A model generated the notes under the pieces. It searched no databases. It saw nothing but the letters and a program-made list of their open reading frames with translations, and had not been told where the DNA came from. Source: Octopus vulgaris (Eukaryota). From it: a stretch of DNA of 64,000 nt. The DNA is taken from positions 68,696,001 to 68,760,000 of the forward strand of contig OX597816.1 in the NCBI GenBank assembly GCA_951406725.2. The letters are read 5' to 3'. Positions 13,572-26,271 of this stretch are shown here, in pieces. A program made the translations under genes and the position numbers. The number at the start of each line of letters is the position of its first letter. The first letter of the stretch is position 1.

Positions 13572-14088
13572 GTAGCAGTATCGCCCGGCGTTGCTCAGGT
13601 TTGTAAGGGAAATAACTATATAAGCATTTTTAGAGACTTACTTCCCTTATAGATGCCAATTCGGGCTTTCTTAGCCATTTCTGTTTTGGTGTCTTCAAGC
13701 CATGAAGTCGTTGTTCTAAAAGAACGCTGGTCTCCTTGATAACGCTTTACGACGTTGATTTCCATACACTGCCTTCCCCACAGCTTCACGAGGGAGGGAA
13801 GAAGGGGGAGAAGCAAACACAGGTGCAGGTGTTTGAGCATGGACGCCAACTCCGCCGTCATCGACACACGAAAAATTATGCATTAAAATGGAATAAAAAA
13901 TTATGTTAAATTATTTTTAAAATCGTAGACTCATCGTAGACGCGCGCTAATAGCCAGACGGGCTCGATATTAATCACGACTATAAGATACCCGAATTTGG
14001 TTAAACTGCACCGCAAAATGTGGGAGGAGTTAGGAATCTAAATCGAAGGGGATAGACACTCACACAACTAGAGTTTTATATATATAGA
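13572..14088 (-). mobile_element. Non-autonomous Helitron-type element
   Basis: Minus strand begins A|TCtatatatataaa and ends with hairpin cctgagcaacgccggg then CTAC|T (CTAG variant); 3' ~70 bp nearly identical to 20030-20096. Confidence 0.7.
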
Positions 14089-14447
14089 TAAAGCAATAAT
14101 GCAGAGAGCTTTATATAAAGTGAAGATAGAATTTATAATGCAATTAATGGTTATTTTTCAGAGGACTGCCCCATCTACAAAGCAAAAACAGTTTTATAAA
14201 AAGTATTGTAAGAGATCAGATATCGCCATGTCTTTGGCAAATGTATCGTCAGCAGGAGTGCGTCAGTGAAGCTGTAGTGGTTGTAGTAGACGTGGGAGAC
14301 GTTGTAGATGTAGAGATACTAGCAGCAGCCACGTTGTAACCGTATTAAGTGTAGAGACAGGAGCAATAACTGCTCAAGTGAGGCCGTGTCAATGACATGT
14401 GGGATAATGTTAATGCATTAATACTAGCCGCTGCTGTAACAGCGTCA

Positions 14448-14783
14448 GTGGAGGCGCAATGGCTCAGTGGTTAGGGCAGCGGCGTCGCGGTTTCGATTCC
14501 CAGGCCGGGCGTTGTGTGTTTTTATTGAGCGAAAACACCTAAAGCTCCACGAGGCTCCGGCAGGGGGTGGTGGCGACACCTGTTGTACTCTTTCGCTCCA
14601 ACTTTCTCTCACTCTTTCTTCCAGTTTCTTGTCCCCCGATTTCCTACGCAACCTGGATGCGCATTCGGGGGTTGACCTGCTTTCTCTTCTGCGGGTCTTA
14701 CGAATAGCAAAGGACCAACGTTTCGGACTTCTCCCAAAGGACGAAGACCGCTTCGTTCAACAAACAAACAAACAAACAAACAG
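14448..14783 (+). mobile_element. tRNA-derived SINE family C head with tail type 3, (AAAC)n end
   Basis: A box tggctcagtgg, B box gtttcgattcc; TSD CAGCGTCA at 14440-14447 and 14784-14791. Confidence 0.8.
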
Positions 14784-15089
14784 CAGCGTCAATCGTAGTG
14801 CTGAGAATCGTAGCGATGATGGTGATGGCAGCAGCAGTATTAGCGAACGTAGCCACATTAGTAGTAGTAGTAATAGCCCCACCACCACCAGCAATACCAC
14901 CACCACAATCACCACCACTATATGCAGCAGCAGTGGGGTGTCAATGAAGGTAGCAATAGGCATTGGTAGTTACATTGTTAGCATTGTCCACCACCACAAA
15001 CATCGTCGTCATCATCATCATCATCATCATCATCCACATTATGATCATCTTCAGCAGCAGCAACGGTACTAGCAGCAATAGTCACAGCA

Positions 15090-15161
15090 CTAGTAGTAGT
15101 AGTAGTGGTGGTAGTAGTAGTAGTAGTAGTGGTGGTGGTGGTAGTAGTGGTGGTAGTAGTG

Positions 15162-15196
<35 letters not shown>

Positions 15197-15212
15197 AGCG
15201 GTAGTAGTAGTA

Positions 15213-15263
<51 letters not shown>

Positions 15264-15295
15264 ATAGTAGTAGTAGTGGTGGTGGTAGTAGTAGC
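15090..15295. repeat. (AGT)n/(GGT)n compound microsatellite
   Basis: Directly visible trinucleotide repeat. Confidence 0.95.
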
Positions 15296-15900
15296 CATGG
15301 CAAAGTGAGTCGTAGTTGAGGGATTATGCAAGCCATTGACCTAATTCCGATCGGCCATTAATATGCGGATCTAGTTTTTCCATAAGCATGATTTTTTTTA
15401 ATATGTAAATTGCATATGTACCACTCCTTCATAAAACAAAACAAAGATGCATTTATTGTCAACTACTTTCTCAACCGGATATGTATCGGTTGGGTGTGTT
15501 GTCAACATAGTAATCAGCAATTTGGCATATTGTAGTTAGGAATGTGTGTGTCCTTGTTAGAGCATTTCGCCCATCTGCATGGATATGGTCTAAAGTGGAC
15601 AAATCCTATATTGTGCTTACTTATCAACGGAAGAGTCCAGTATAATCCATGAGTAGGAGAGGTGCAGCCGAAGTGTAGGAGTCCGAATGTAGGAGAGTAG
15701 CAAGTCCATGTAGAATAGTCCAAGAAAAGTTCGAAGTGTTATGAGGTGGAGACAAGATAAAACTGGTGCGATCACGTGAGCGTGTAATATGTAGTGAGAA
15801 TTTACAAAAAAACAACAACAAAAGACGAAGACGGATGTATCCTGATCGCTAACCACTATACCTTTTTTATTTTCTCTCCCTCTTTATTTCTCTTTGCTAT

Positions 15901-16101
15901 TTTTTACTTGTTTCAATTATGTGACTGCGGCCATGCTGGACCACCACCTTTAGTCGACCCCAGGACTTATACTTTGTAAGCCTAGTACTTATTATATCGG
16001 CTTTTTTTTCGAACCGCTAAGTAACGGAGATGTAAACACACCAGCATCGGTTGTCAAGCGATGTTGGGTGGGTGGGTGGTGGGACAAACACAGACATACA
16101 A

Positions 16102-16136
<35 letters not shown>

Positions 16137-16314
16137 CATGTACATGTATACGACGGGCTTCTTTCAGTTTCCGTTTACCAAATCCACTTACAAGGCTTTG
16201 GTCGGCACGAGGCTATAGTAGAAGACACTTGGCCCAGGTGTCACGCACTGGGACTGAACTCGGAACCATGTGGTTCGTAAGCAAGCTATTTACCACACAG
16301 CCACTCCTGCGCCT
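15901..16314 (-). mobile_element. tRNA-derived CORE-like SINE family B with internal (TA)/(TG) microsatellite
   Basis: Minus head aggcgcaggagtggctgtgtggtaa...gttcagtccc, a cctgggccaagtgtctt CORE-like motif (cttgggcaag in other copies), and tail ...gaaacaagtaaaa. Confidence 0.8.
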
Positions 16315-16500
16315 CCTGTGTTCCTTTCTATTGAAGATCGTGGGCTCGAAATGTAGAAGATTTTCTCACTTACCGAGCGTTAAACTAATACATCGTCTTT
16401 TGTTCTTGTTTTAAAATTCTCACTATATCGTATTTATCTTTATACCTTCTCAGTTTATAGTTTGTGTTTATACTTTTTTTATTTCATACTTGTCTAAGTT

Positions 16501-16811
16501 GAAGGCACGTAGCTTAATTGTTAGGAGTGTTCAGCCCGCAATCGTAAGATCATGAGTTCGATTCCTCGTGGCGCATTGTATCCTAAAGCAAGACACTTTA
16601 TATCATGTTGCTCCAGTTCTCTCGACTACCAAAAATGAGTAGTACCTGTATTTCAAATCCTTGTCATATTCTGTGTCACGCTGAATCTCCCCGAGAAGTA
16701 CGATAAGGGTGCTTCTGAAATTCTGAGTCACTTGCACGTCAATTTCACTAGCAGGCGGTTCCGTTGATCGGATCACTTGGAACCTTCGTCGTCGTAAACG
16801 ACGAAGTGCCA
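16501..16811 (+). mobile_element. SINE family D
   Basis: Homologous to 12884-13197; B box gagttcgattcc. Confidence 0.7.
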
Positions 16812-16980
16812 CTGTGTGTACTTGCCTCAGTGTTCTTCGTGAAGAAGAAACGTTCATTTGTTTATACTGTGGTTATTGAATTTATGCAATATCGATATAA
16901 CAATTGTTTCTACTAATAATAATAATACTACAATCACCTCTAACAAATAGCATCAAATCATACCGTTATGTTTTAAGCTA

Positions 16981-17197
16981 CTCTTTTACTTGTTTCGATT
17001 AGATGACTGTGGCCATGCTGGAACAACGCCTTTTTAGTTGAGCAAATTGACCCCCCGGACGTATTTTTTGGAAGCCTAGTACTTATTCTAACGAACTTTT
17101 TGCCGAACCGCTAAGTTACGTGGATGTAAACACACCAGCCTCGGTTGTCAAGCGATGTTGGGGGTACAAACACAGACACACAAACACATACACACGC

Positions 17198-17234
<37 letters not shown>

Positions 17235-17399
17235 TACGACGGACTTCTTTCAGTTTCCGTCTACCAAATGCACTCACAATGACTTGGTCGACCCGAGGCT
17301 ATAGCAGAAGACACTTGCCCAAAGTGCCACGCAGTGGGACTGAACCCGGAAGCATGTGGTTCGTAAGCAAGCTACTTACCACTCAGCTACCCCTACGCT
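16981..17399 (-). mobile_element. SINE family B
   Basis: Full-length homologue of 15901-16314. Confidence 0.8.
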
Positions 17400-17413
17400 T
17401 ATAAAATGTGTGA

Positions 17414-17533
17414 CGCTTACAGCACCTAGATTTCCCAAGCGGTCACCCTTCTACGTACTAACTAGGCTCCTCGTTACTTAACTTCTGCGATCGGACGAGA
17501 ACCAGTTCTTTCAACGTGATATAGCCGTTTGAC
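17414..17533 (-). pseudogene. 5S rRNA pseudogene (full length, about 120 nt)
   Basis: Minus strand acggctatatcacgttgaaagaactggttctcgtccgatcgcagaagttaagtaacgaggagcctagttagtacgtagaagggtgaccgcttgggaaatctaggtgctgtaagc is clearly animal 5S; helix I and box C carry substitutions, and the copy is solitary. Confidence 0.9.
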
Positions 17534-17834
17534 TGTAAGTTCTTCTATGATGGGTGACCTGAGATGGAAGAACATCCCAACCACCATGATCAAATGCCAA
17601 TATTATTGTGAACGTAAGGTGGAGAGCTGCAAGAATTTTTAACATTCCGAACCAAATGCTTAGCACTATTTCAAATTCCACCGAGGAGTACTTTTCCTAT
17701 CACCCTCTCTGAATCTACAAAATAAGTACCACTGTACCACTTGAACACTGGAGTTGATGTAATCGAATAACCTACTTCATCCGAAATTGCAGGCCTTGTT
17801 TCAAAGTTTGAAACCAATAAAATCCTGAAGATAA

Positions 17835-18031
17835 TCTGGTGAAATGGCAGAATCGTTAGCAAGAGGGCGAAATGCATAACATCTCCTCCGTCTTTATATT
17901 CTGAATTCAAATTACATCGACTTCGACCTTTATCTTCGCGGTCGATAAAATAAGTTCCATCTGAGCCCTGGGGTCGATATTATTGACTTATTCCTTCCCT
18001 AGAAACTGCTGGCCTTGTGCCAAAATTTGAA
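17835..18031 (+). mobile_element. Meta-domain SINE (diverged)
   Basis: ggtgaaatggcagaatcgttagc...ggggtcgat...ggccttgtgccaaaatttgaaa. Confidence 0.7.
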
Positions 18032-18509
18032 AGCTATATTATCCCGAGGAAACACCATGAGCATAAAAATTTTTTTTTTCTACTCCAGAAATATAAATAT
18101 ATTTGATTTTGCAAATTTAATTAATTGTTTTGTGGTCGATACAGGAGACAAGATTTATTTTTCAGTAGCCTCAAGCGTTTTAGTGTTTTCCTTTTTATTT
18201 TCATGGTTGTGGTAAAAGTGAAGATGTGTAATCGTGTTGTTAGTGTGTTGCGCTCACAATTTTCGATTGAGGTTTCGATTCTTGGACCCATGGTGCATTG
18301 TTTTCTCCAGTTCGCTCAGTAGCAAATAAAATCCAAAATTATGCGAGACGGGCCGACGTTTGGTTTTTGTGGGGAATGTGCTCATGTAAATGACATATAG
18401 GTCATGGGAACCGAGTTAAGGTCCGGCCAAAGGTCGTCCTACAGCTCATCTCATATCTAAATAAGTTTCCAAGGTCATTGATCTAATCACTAAGGGTTGC
18501 TAGTCTGAC

Positions 18510-18718
18510 GGTGGCGAAATGGCAAAATCGTTAGCAGTAGGGTGAAATGCCTAGCAACTTATCGTCTGGCTTTACGTTCTGAGTTCAAATTACGCCGGGG
18601 TCGACTTCACCTTTCATCATCCGGGGTTGATAAAATAATTACTATTTGAGCACTGGGGTCGATGTTATCGACTAATTCCTTCCCCAGAAATTGATGGCCT
18701 TGTGCCAAAATTTGAAAA
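18510..18718 (+). mobile_element. Meta-domain SINE
   Basis: Same head, Meta domain and tail as 17835-18031. Confidence 0.75.
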
Positions 18719-18959
18719 CATATAATCCCGTGGATTTGATTTCAGAATTAATGGGGGAAGCGTAATTTTTCTTTGAGCGAAGTAATTAATTTCCCGTTGA
18801 TCTAGCGTACTTAGTCAAATGTTAATGCAGTTTTCCCGAATTTTGTTAGTGACTTTGTTCAGCTACAGGCGAACCGTGATTGAGAAGATGTATGACCAAT
18901 GGTGTTCTAGTTATGATTTACACAACACGTAATCACCCGAGGTAAATTTCTCCTTACAT

Positions 18960-19335
18960 CCTTTTACTTAAACTCCCTGCTCTCTATGGAACGTGGACTG
19001 TCGGCGTCAATTCTCCACTCTTTTCAACTCTAGGCTCTCTTTTCTACATCATTGGAAATTTTTGAGCGTCGACATCTCCCCTTCCTATGGAAGGCCTTAC
19101 TCTTCCAGTTCTCGTTGCCTTTGAATTATCAATTCTTGTGTAAAATTGCTTTTTGTATGTACGAGTGTTGGCTTTACGCAAACATATTTTTAACTCTGGG
19201 AAGATGTGATCCATATTAGTCTGGTATTTATCTTTTGACCAACATTGAGAGGCCCTACGATGAGCTTATGCTCCACTGGCTTAGCTCACAGGGTCATTGA
19301 GGCATACACGCCACAACACCACACAAGGACTGGAC
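18960..19335 (-). mobile_element. Old RTE-derived non-autonomous element
   Basis: Minus strand ccttgtgtggtg..ggcgtgtatgcctcaatgaccctgtgagctaagcc (RTE 5' UTR-like) joined to an RTE-like 3' end ending gtttaagtaa; homologous to 12500-12790. Confidence 0.45.
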
Positions 19336-19710
19336 CTTGTGGTTGTTTTCACCTAAAAGAATGAAACCTACCACGAGACCCACTACAATAAGGACCAAGA
19401 CCATTATTAGAGTTCGTTTCTCTTTACATTTTCTCTCTGTTTATGGATTTTGTCTGTATTTCAGAGGTCCAAACGTGAGAAGATATGTGACATTAATTTA
19501 TCCCCATAATTCCGTTAAGAGCACACGTATCTGTGGAAAAATCAACCAGCTTCACGTTAATTTCACGATTAGGGATTCGAGAATGAACTGAACAACTGAA
19601 TTAATATAATCAAGCTCACAGTGAACACACCAGTGTACGAACTCCGGAAACTTTGCTACTTATTTCCTGCAAGACGTAACTCCTTTGTTCTCTTTTCAAA
19701 TATGGCATCA

Positions 19711-20096
19711 TCTCTCTCTATATAAACGGCAGTTTGTCTGTGCGTGTTTCTGTGTGTCTGTTTGCTTGTACCCTCACCCTGACCACGGCTTTCAACCGAT
19801 TCTGATGAAACTTGACACACACATAGCCCAATGTCATAATTCAAAACTAACGCAGCGAAAATTTTGAAAAGTTCCCCCAGTTCTGAAAATAATCGATAAA
19901 TTCGACATGGGGTCGAGAATCAGGAACACAAACCACAAACTGTGTAGGGGACGCAACTCCACCTTTTTTAACTATCAAAAAAAAATTTACCATCATTTTT
20001 TTCCATTTTTTTGCTATTTTTTGGCTATAACTCTCTAAAAAATGCTTTATAGTTATTTCCCTTACAAACCTGAGCAACGCCGGGCGATACTGCTAG
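19711..20096 (+). mobile_element. Non-autonomous Helitron-type element
   Basis: A|TC 5' end, gtct/gtgt microsatellite, 3' hairpin cctgagcaacgccggg, terminal CTAG|T, no TSD. Confidence 0.75.
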
Positions 20097-20620
20097 TCAG
20101 GGATAAACGAATAAAGCTTTCGCCAAAAAATTTATACAGTTTTATATCCATTTCAGAAATGCTTTGACATTATATTGAAGAAGCCATTGTCAGAACTAGA
20201 ACATGGAACCGCCAGAGCTGCGAAGTGAAAAGAATAATACAATCTGCCAGGTTCTATATCACTGCTGTATTGCTATAGAATCGTTGCTTCAGAGCGACAA
20301 AACTACTGCTTAAGTAATATTGACGTTGAGTTCAAAATTCCATTTCGATGTTAGATTATCTTGGAAGATTTGTTTACAACGGAAATATATTTAAGGAAAT
20401 ATTCATATTTCTCCATATTTTTACACAGTCTCAAGAGAGCTGCACATGTTGAAATGTCGATATATTAAATGGGTGAGAGAGCAAATTCTTAATGATATTT
20501 GTGTGCGGTTGATATAGTACAGGTTTCAAATATATGGATCTCGTAATGGCTGTTAACATAGTAACGATTCACTCACACACGCACACGCGCACATACGCAT
20601 AAATACGTATGTATGTATGC

Positions 20621-20673
<53 letters not shown>

Positions 20674-20952
20674 CACATTTACATGTATAAACACACGTAC
20701 ACGTACTCATATATGTGCATGTGTGTGTCTGTAATGTGCGTGTATATTTTGTATGTACACGTGTTTATATGTATATTTATACCGATAAGGGTACACTAGG
20801 TCAGAGCATACACAAATATAAGATCATCTGAACCAATGGTAATGTTTAGATTTAGCCGTTTCACAAATACACACATGGGGTGTACACACACAGAGACACA
20901 CATCCATGTGTATGTTTATGTTTGTATATGAGTGGGTAGAGTTAGAGAGAAA

Positions 20953-21013
<61 letters not shown>

Positions 21014-21877
21014 GGGAACCGATTTTTTTTATACAGATGAGTTAGTAAATATGTACACAAACCTAGTAAAACAGACATTTGATAAATGAGGATATCAAGT
21101 ATCAACTATATTCTCATCTATCATTGATACAGAATAAAAATTTAAGTTCTAAACTACTACCATACGCAACACACATACACATACAATGGTTGTGTCTCTC
21201 TCACTCCACTCTCTCTCCCCCCCCTCTCTCTCTCTGTATATATATATATATATATTTCTGTGTCCTCACACATTTCACTTCTGTTTTTTCTCTCTCTCCA
21301 GGTTCTCACTGCCCCATTCTCTGTTTCATCTTCCTCCTCCTCCTCTCTCTCTCTCTGTCTGTTCCGGCATTACACCTCATCCCTCAATGTATCACATCAG
21401 TGGCTAACTAATATTAGGTATATTAGATTTACTAGCTTGAGAATGAGAAGGAACAAGCTTTATTTTGTAAAATATAAACTACAGAAGATCTCATCAGTGT
21501 GATTCGCGAGGACGTGCAATTCTCCATTTGTTCTCATTTTGCTACTTAAGTCATCGAAACTTTTTTCAAACTTTTCTGAAGATTGAAAAGGGCAACATTA
21601 CTGGCGCTTAGGAAATTATAGATGACAATTGTTAGATTAAGAATGTGAAACTTGACATATATTGAAGACATAATTGAAATCAACTGCAAACCCAGAAAGT
21701 TTGTGGGAGACTTTTGCACAAGTCTGTATAATAATATCCTTTAAACGAATTACATGTAGCAAAAGAGAGAAGGTGGAGACGATATATATCAGAGATGATG
21801 GCTGTAAGATGACAGAAGTGGAATAATACGGAGGACCGGATACGCAGTTATAAATCTTTTATCTTCTAATATTTAAT

Positions 21878-21939
21878 TATTTCAGTCATTGAATTGTGAC
21901 CATACTGGGACACCACCTTGTAAGGTTTTAATGCTTATG

Positions 21940-21976
<37 letters not shown>

Positions 21977-22223
21977 TTAATCGGGTACTTTTTTATCGGT
22001 TCCGTTTGCTGAACCGTTATACTACGGAGACGAAAAGAAAGCATCGCCGGTTGCCAAGCGGTAGGATGGGGTTACCTACAAAGGGGAAGGACTTTTAGTT
22101 GAATATATCGGCCCCAGTACTTATTCTATTATCCTGCCGAACCACTTATGCGCAGGGACCTGAACACACCAGCACCGGTTGTCAAGCGGTTTGGGAATCA
22201 AAAACGCACTCATACACGTGCTT

Positions 22224-22308
<85 letters not shown>

Positions 22309-22524
22309 CATACACACCTACGCACACAAACACACGCGTACACACACATATACACATAGTTAATGGGTTTCTTTCTTTTTCCGTCTACCAAATCCACTCA
22401 CAAGTCTCTGGTCGGTCCTGAACTATAGAAGAAGACTCTCGCCCAAAGTACCACGCAGTGAGACTGAACCTGGAACCATGTGGCTAGGAAGCATGCTTCT
22501 TATCAAACAGCCACGCATGCGCCT
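21878..22524 (-). mobile_element. SINE family B (composite, partly duplicated tail)
   Basis: Head at 22524, internal (CA)/(TA) repeats, two tail segments. Confidence 0.65.
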
Positions 22525-23418
22525 ATCTGATTAGTTTCCGTTTTATTATTTTTGTTTTTCTTTCATTTTCATCCTTATCATAGAACCTTCAGCATTAGTA
22601 CATCCGTCGACAACCATGACTGGCCTTTGGTATAATGGAAGTTAATTGTAACTTTGATGAATGTACTTATCTGGGGAGTAGTTTGTAAAAGGGCTGTGTG
22701 AGTTATCAAATGGTACTTAGTGCAACGGAAGTTTCGACACCAAATAATAAAATATTGAAGTAAAGTTAATAGTTTTTTGTGCGATTTTGTATGGCGAGCG
22801 CTTGTCTTCTACGCTGTAATTGCTAAATGTAAATTTTATCAATAATATAATTCGTGCTATAACACATACACAGATGGACACAGACTGACATACAGAGAAA
22901 CAGATATACAGACTAACAGACATACAGATATACACACACACACACACACAGTGTTTTATCATCGGAGTTATATCGGAGCCTACAGGCCTGTGGTAGTGTC
23001 CTAAGTAATCATATATCGATGAACAAGTATGACTGCTTCTATCCAATTTTTTTTAACGGCGGGAATTAAAAGTAAGATATATTAACTACAAAGATAATAC
23101 ATTTCATCAGACACAAACAGACACAGACACACATGCAAACGCACGCACACACACATATACACGTACACATACACACTATTACTTATATCTTGAGGGAACT
23201 GTGGTGTATTTCGGTTTGTAAACTGTATAAGCAACGAGAGTACAAAATACCCACAAACTTGAACAAGACGCTAGTCTGTTGTAAGGATAATGAGGTCGAT
23301 AATAACATCTAAATCTAAAATAAATTACTAAACCGATGAGCGAAACGGTGTGTAACAGACGCTGGTTGTATCTGTACAATAGATGAATGTTGGCTTACCT
23401 CAGATGAGGAAGAATGAC

Positions 23419-23796
23419 TGGTACTCCGTCGGTTACGACGACGAGTGTTCCAGTTGATCCGATCATCGGAACAGCCTGCTCGTGAAATGAACGTGCAAGT
23501 GGCTGAGCACTCCGCAAACACGTGTACCCTTAAAGTATTTCTCGGGGAGATTCAGTATGACACAGAGTGTGACAAGGCTGGCCCTTTGAAATATAAGTGC
23601 AACAGAAACAGGAAGAAAGAGTGGGAGAAAGTTGTGAAAGATTACAGCAGAGTTCACCAACCCCACCTGCCGGAGCCTCGTGGAGTTTTAGGTGTTTTCG
23701 CTCAATAAACACTCACAATGCCCGGTCTGGGAATCGAAGCCGCGATCTTAAGACCACGAGTCCGCTGCCGTAACCACTGGGACATTACGCCTCCAC
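23419..23796 (-). mobile_element. SINE family C (tail type 1)
   Basis: Reverse complement of 37344-37725. Confidence 0.85.
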
Positions 23797-24084
23797 AAAG
23801 TGTGGCAAGGAAGAATGAGAACGGAGTAAATGACAATGTGATGCAGATGCATGGCGTTCTACATTAGACAGAGAAAAGGCGATGGATGCGATCGTATGGC
23901 AAATAGATGGCATATTACTGTAGATGGCGATGGCTTTATAGCATGTGAACGGGACTACAGGTCATATAATGAGGCTACACAACAAGTGGGTGTGTCTATA
24001 ATATAACTCAGCACAATGCTGAGAGGAAGAACGACAATTTCTAGTATTCAAAATCTGGTACTAAAGATGTACATGTTAATGACC

Positions 24085-24156
24085 AAGACGGACGAAGGAA
24101 TAGAAATAAAACAAGTCTTTTACGTTTCGAGCCTACGCTCTTCAACAGAAAGATAC
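24085..24156 (-). mobile_element. PLE-derived repeat fragment with CUGUUGA hammerhead-like motif (24116-24153)
   Basis: Minus strand tcttt-CTGTTGA-a-gagc gtag gctc-GAAA-CGTA-aaaga. Confidence 0.6.
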
Positions 24157-24225
24157 GTTCTAGAACATACTTTCCTCAGACAATTTTAAATCTTTTGCAA
24201 TTTTACCCAACTTCAAGTTTGTGAA

Positions 24226-24420
24226 AGGGCAGAATTTGTTGGCACGCCGGGCAAAATACGTAGCGGCATTTTGTCCGTCTTCACATTATGAGTTCAAATT
24301 CGGCTGCGGTTTATTTTGCCATTCATTTTTTGGGGGTCTATATAAAATAAGTACCAGTTGAGGATTGGGGTCAATATAATCAACATTCTCGAACTTTCTG
24401 GTCTTGTGTTAAAGTTTGAC
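24226..24420 (+). mobile_element. Meta-domain SINE (diverged)
   Basis: ggcagaatttgttggcacgccgggcaaaat...aaataagtaccagttgag. Confidence 0.65.
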
Positions 24421-24479
24421 ACCATTATCATCCATTATTTTCTGTTTACTGATGATTTTAAATTTTAAACAACCTATGA

Positions 24480-24848
24480 CAAACAGTGATATTTATTATT
24501 AATATTTATTATTAATATGTTCTGATAGGTTTGAACATGAATATCTGATGGCTGTTGCTATTAAAAATCGGAAAGCATCTTCTCCCATTACTTCAGATGT
24601 AGTTAATACACACGTGATTCACAAGTGTAAGTAGATTTCTACTCACGACGGTGTTTCGCCCGCGTTGTGCGCTGTTCCAGTCGAAGCTACCCCGGACTAA
24701 CGAATCTCCTTACACCGGTGAATCACGTGTGTTATGAACACATATCGCTTTAAGAGTAGACATGCGCATGATATCGAATAGCAATACCAGATATTCAGGT
24801 TCGAATCTGCTAGAACGTATTAAAAATGAATAGTTAAGTTATTGTTTA
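24480..24848. mobile_element. Ancient palindromic MITE/foldback element
   Basis: Imperfect arms of about 150 bp: acacacgtgattcac..gtgtaag.agatt pairs with aatct.cttacac..gtgaatcacgtgtgt, and ttaatatgttct...gaatatctg pairs with cagatattc...agaacgtattaa. Confidence 0.65.
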
Positions 24849-25215
24849 TATTCTCGCTCTTCAGCGTGCACCCCATGAATTACTAACCATAGAATGAGTT
24901 TTTGTCTAATTAATGCATGGACAACCACAATTAATCGATTTTTTCACAAAGCTGTATTTCATATCAGAGACCTCATTGTACAATCAATTTATACTTTTGG
25001 TGTGGGTAGTTCTGGTTCCAGTCACAGCTACTGAAGCAGAAGATAAAGAGAAAAGATAGCCACACATTATGGTTATATCGATATACAGCACTTATCATGG
25101 TGAAAGAGCAAAAACGTTCAATAAAATTGTTGAACATGAACTATTAATTTTAGTCATGGGCGTGGCTGGTTTTGGTCTTATTCAGAGTTTTATAATAAAA
25201 AACAGAGATAGGTAG

Positions 25216-25302
<87 letters not shown>

Positions 25303-25351
25303 CTCAGGTGGGATTAGAATTAATTGATAAGATAAACATTAGACGTTTAAT

Positions 25352-25783
25352 AGGCGCAGGAGTGGTTGTGTGGTAAGTAGCTTGCTTCCCAACCACATGG
25401 TTCCTGGTCCAGTCCCACTGCGAGGCACCTTCTACTATAGCCTCGAGCCGGCTAAAGCCTTGTGAGTGGATTTGTTAGACGGAAACTGAAAGAAGCCCGT
25501 CGTATATATATATATATATATATATGTGTGTATGTATGTACGTATGTATGTATGTATGTATGTATGTATGTATGTATGTATGTATGTTTGTGTATATGCT
25601 TGTTTGTCTGTGTTTGTCTCTCCCAACATCACTTGACAACCGTTTACATCCCCGTAACATAGCGGTTCGGCAAAAGAGACCGATAGAATAAGTGCTAGAC
25701 CTATGAAGAATAAGTCCTCGACTAAACGCGGTGCTCCAGCATGACCGCTGTCAAATGACTGAAACGAGTAAAAGAATAAAAGA
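25352..25783 (+). mobile_element. SINE family B
   Basis: aggcgcaggagtggttgtgtggtaagtagc...aaatgactgaaacgagtaaaaga. Confidence 0.85.
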
Positions 25784-25850
25784 AAAATAATTTATATAGA
25801 AAAATATGAATAAAACCTCCTCGACAGTAATTTCAGCCTTCTATATATTT

Positions 25851-26271
25851 TTTCTACTCAAGGTACAAGGCCTGTAATTTTGTGGGAGGGGGCCAGTCGA
25901 TTAGATCGACCCAGTAGGCAACTGGTACTTAATTTATCAACCCCGAAAGGATGAAAGGCAAAGTCGATCTTGGCGGAATTTGAACTCAGAACGTAAAGAC
26001 AGACGAAATACAGTTAAGTATGTTGCCCGGCGTGCTAACGTGTCTGCCAGCTCGCCGCTTTCAGCCTTCTATAAATTATAAATTCTTTTCTACTCTAAAC
26101 GCAAGACCAGAAATTAAGTACCAGTATGCAACTGGTACTTAATTTATCAACCCCGAACGACTGAAAGGCAAAGTCGATCTCGGCCGAATTTGAACTCACA
26201 ATGTTAAGACAGACGAAATACTGCTAAGCATTTCGCCCGGCGTGCTATAACGTGTCTGCCAGCTCACCGCC
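25851..26271 (-). mobile_element. Two tandem Meta-domain SINEs
   Basis: 25851-26059 and 26085-26271; flanking ttcagccttctata occurs three times. Confidence 0.8.

Noticed and set aside
14963-15336. Poly-Ser/Gly, poly-Thr and poly-Val ORFs
   Set aside because: Trinucleotide microsatellite.
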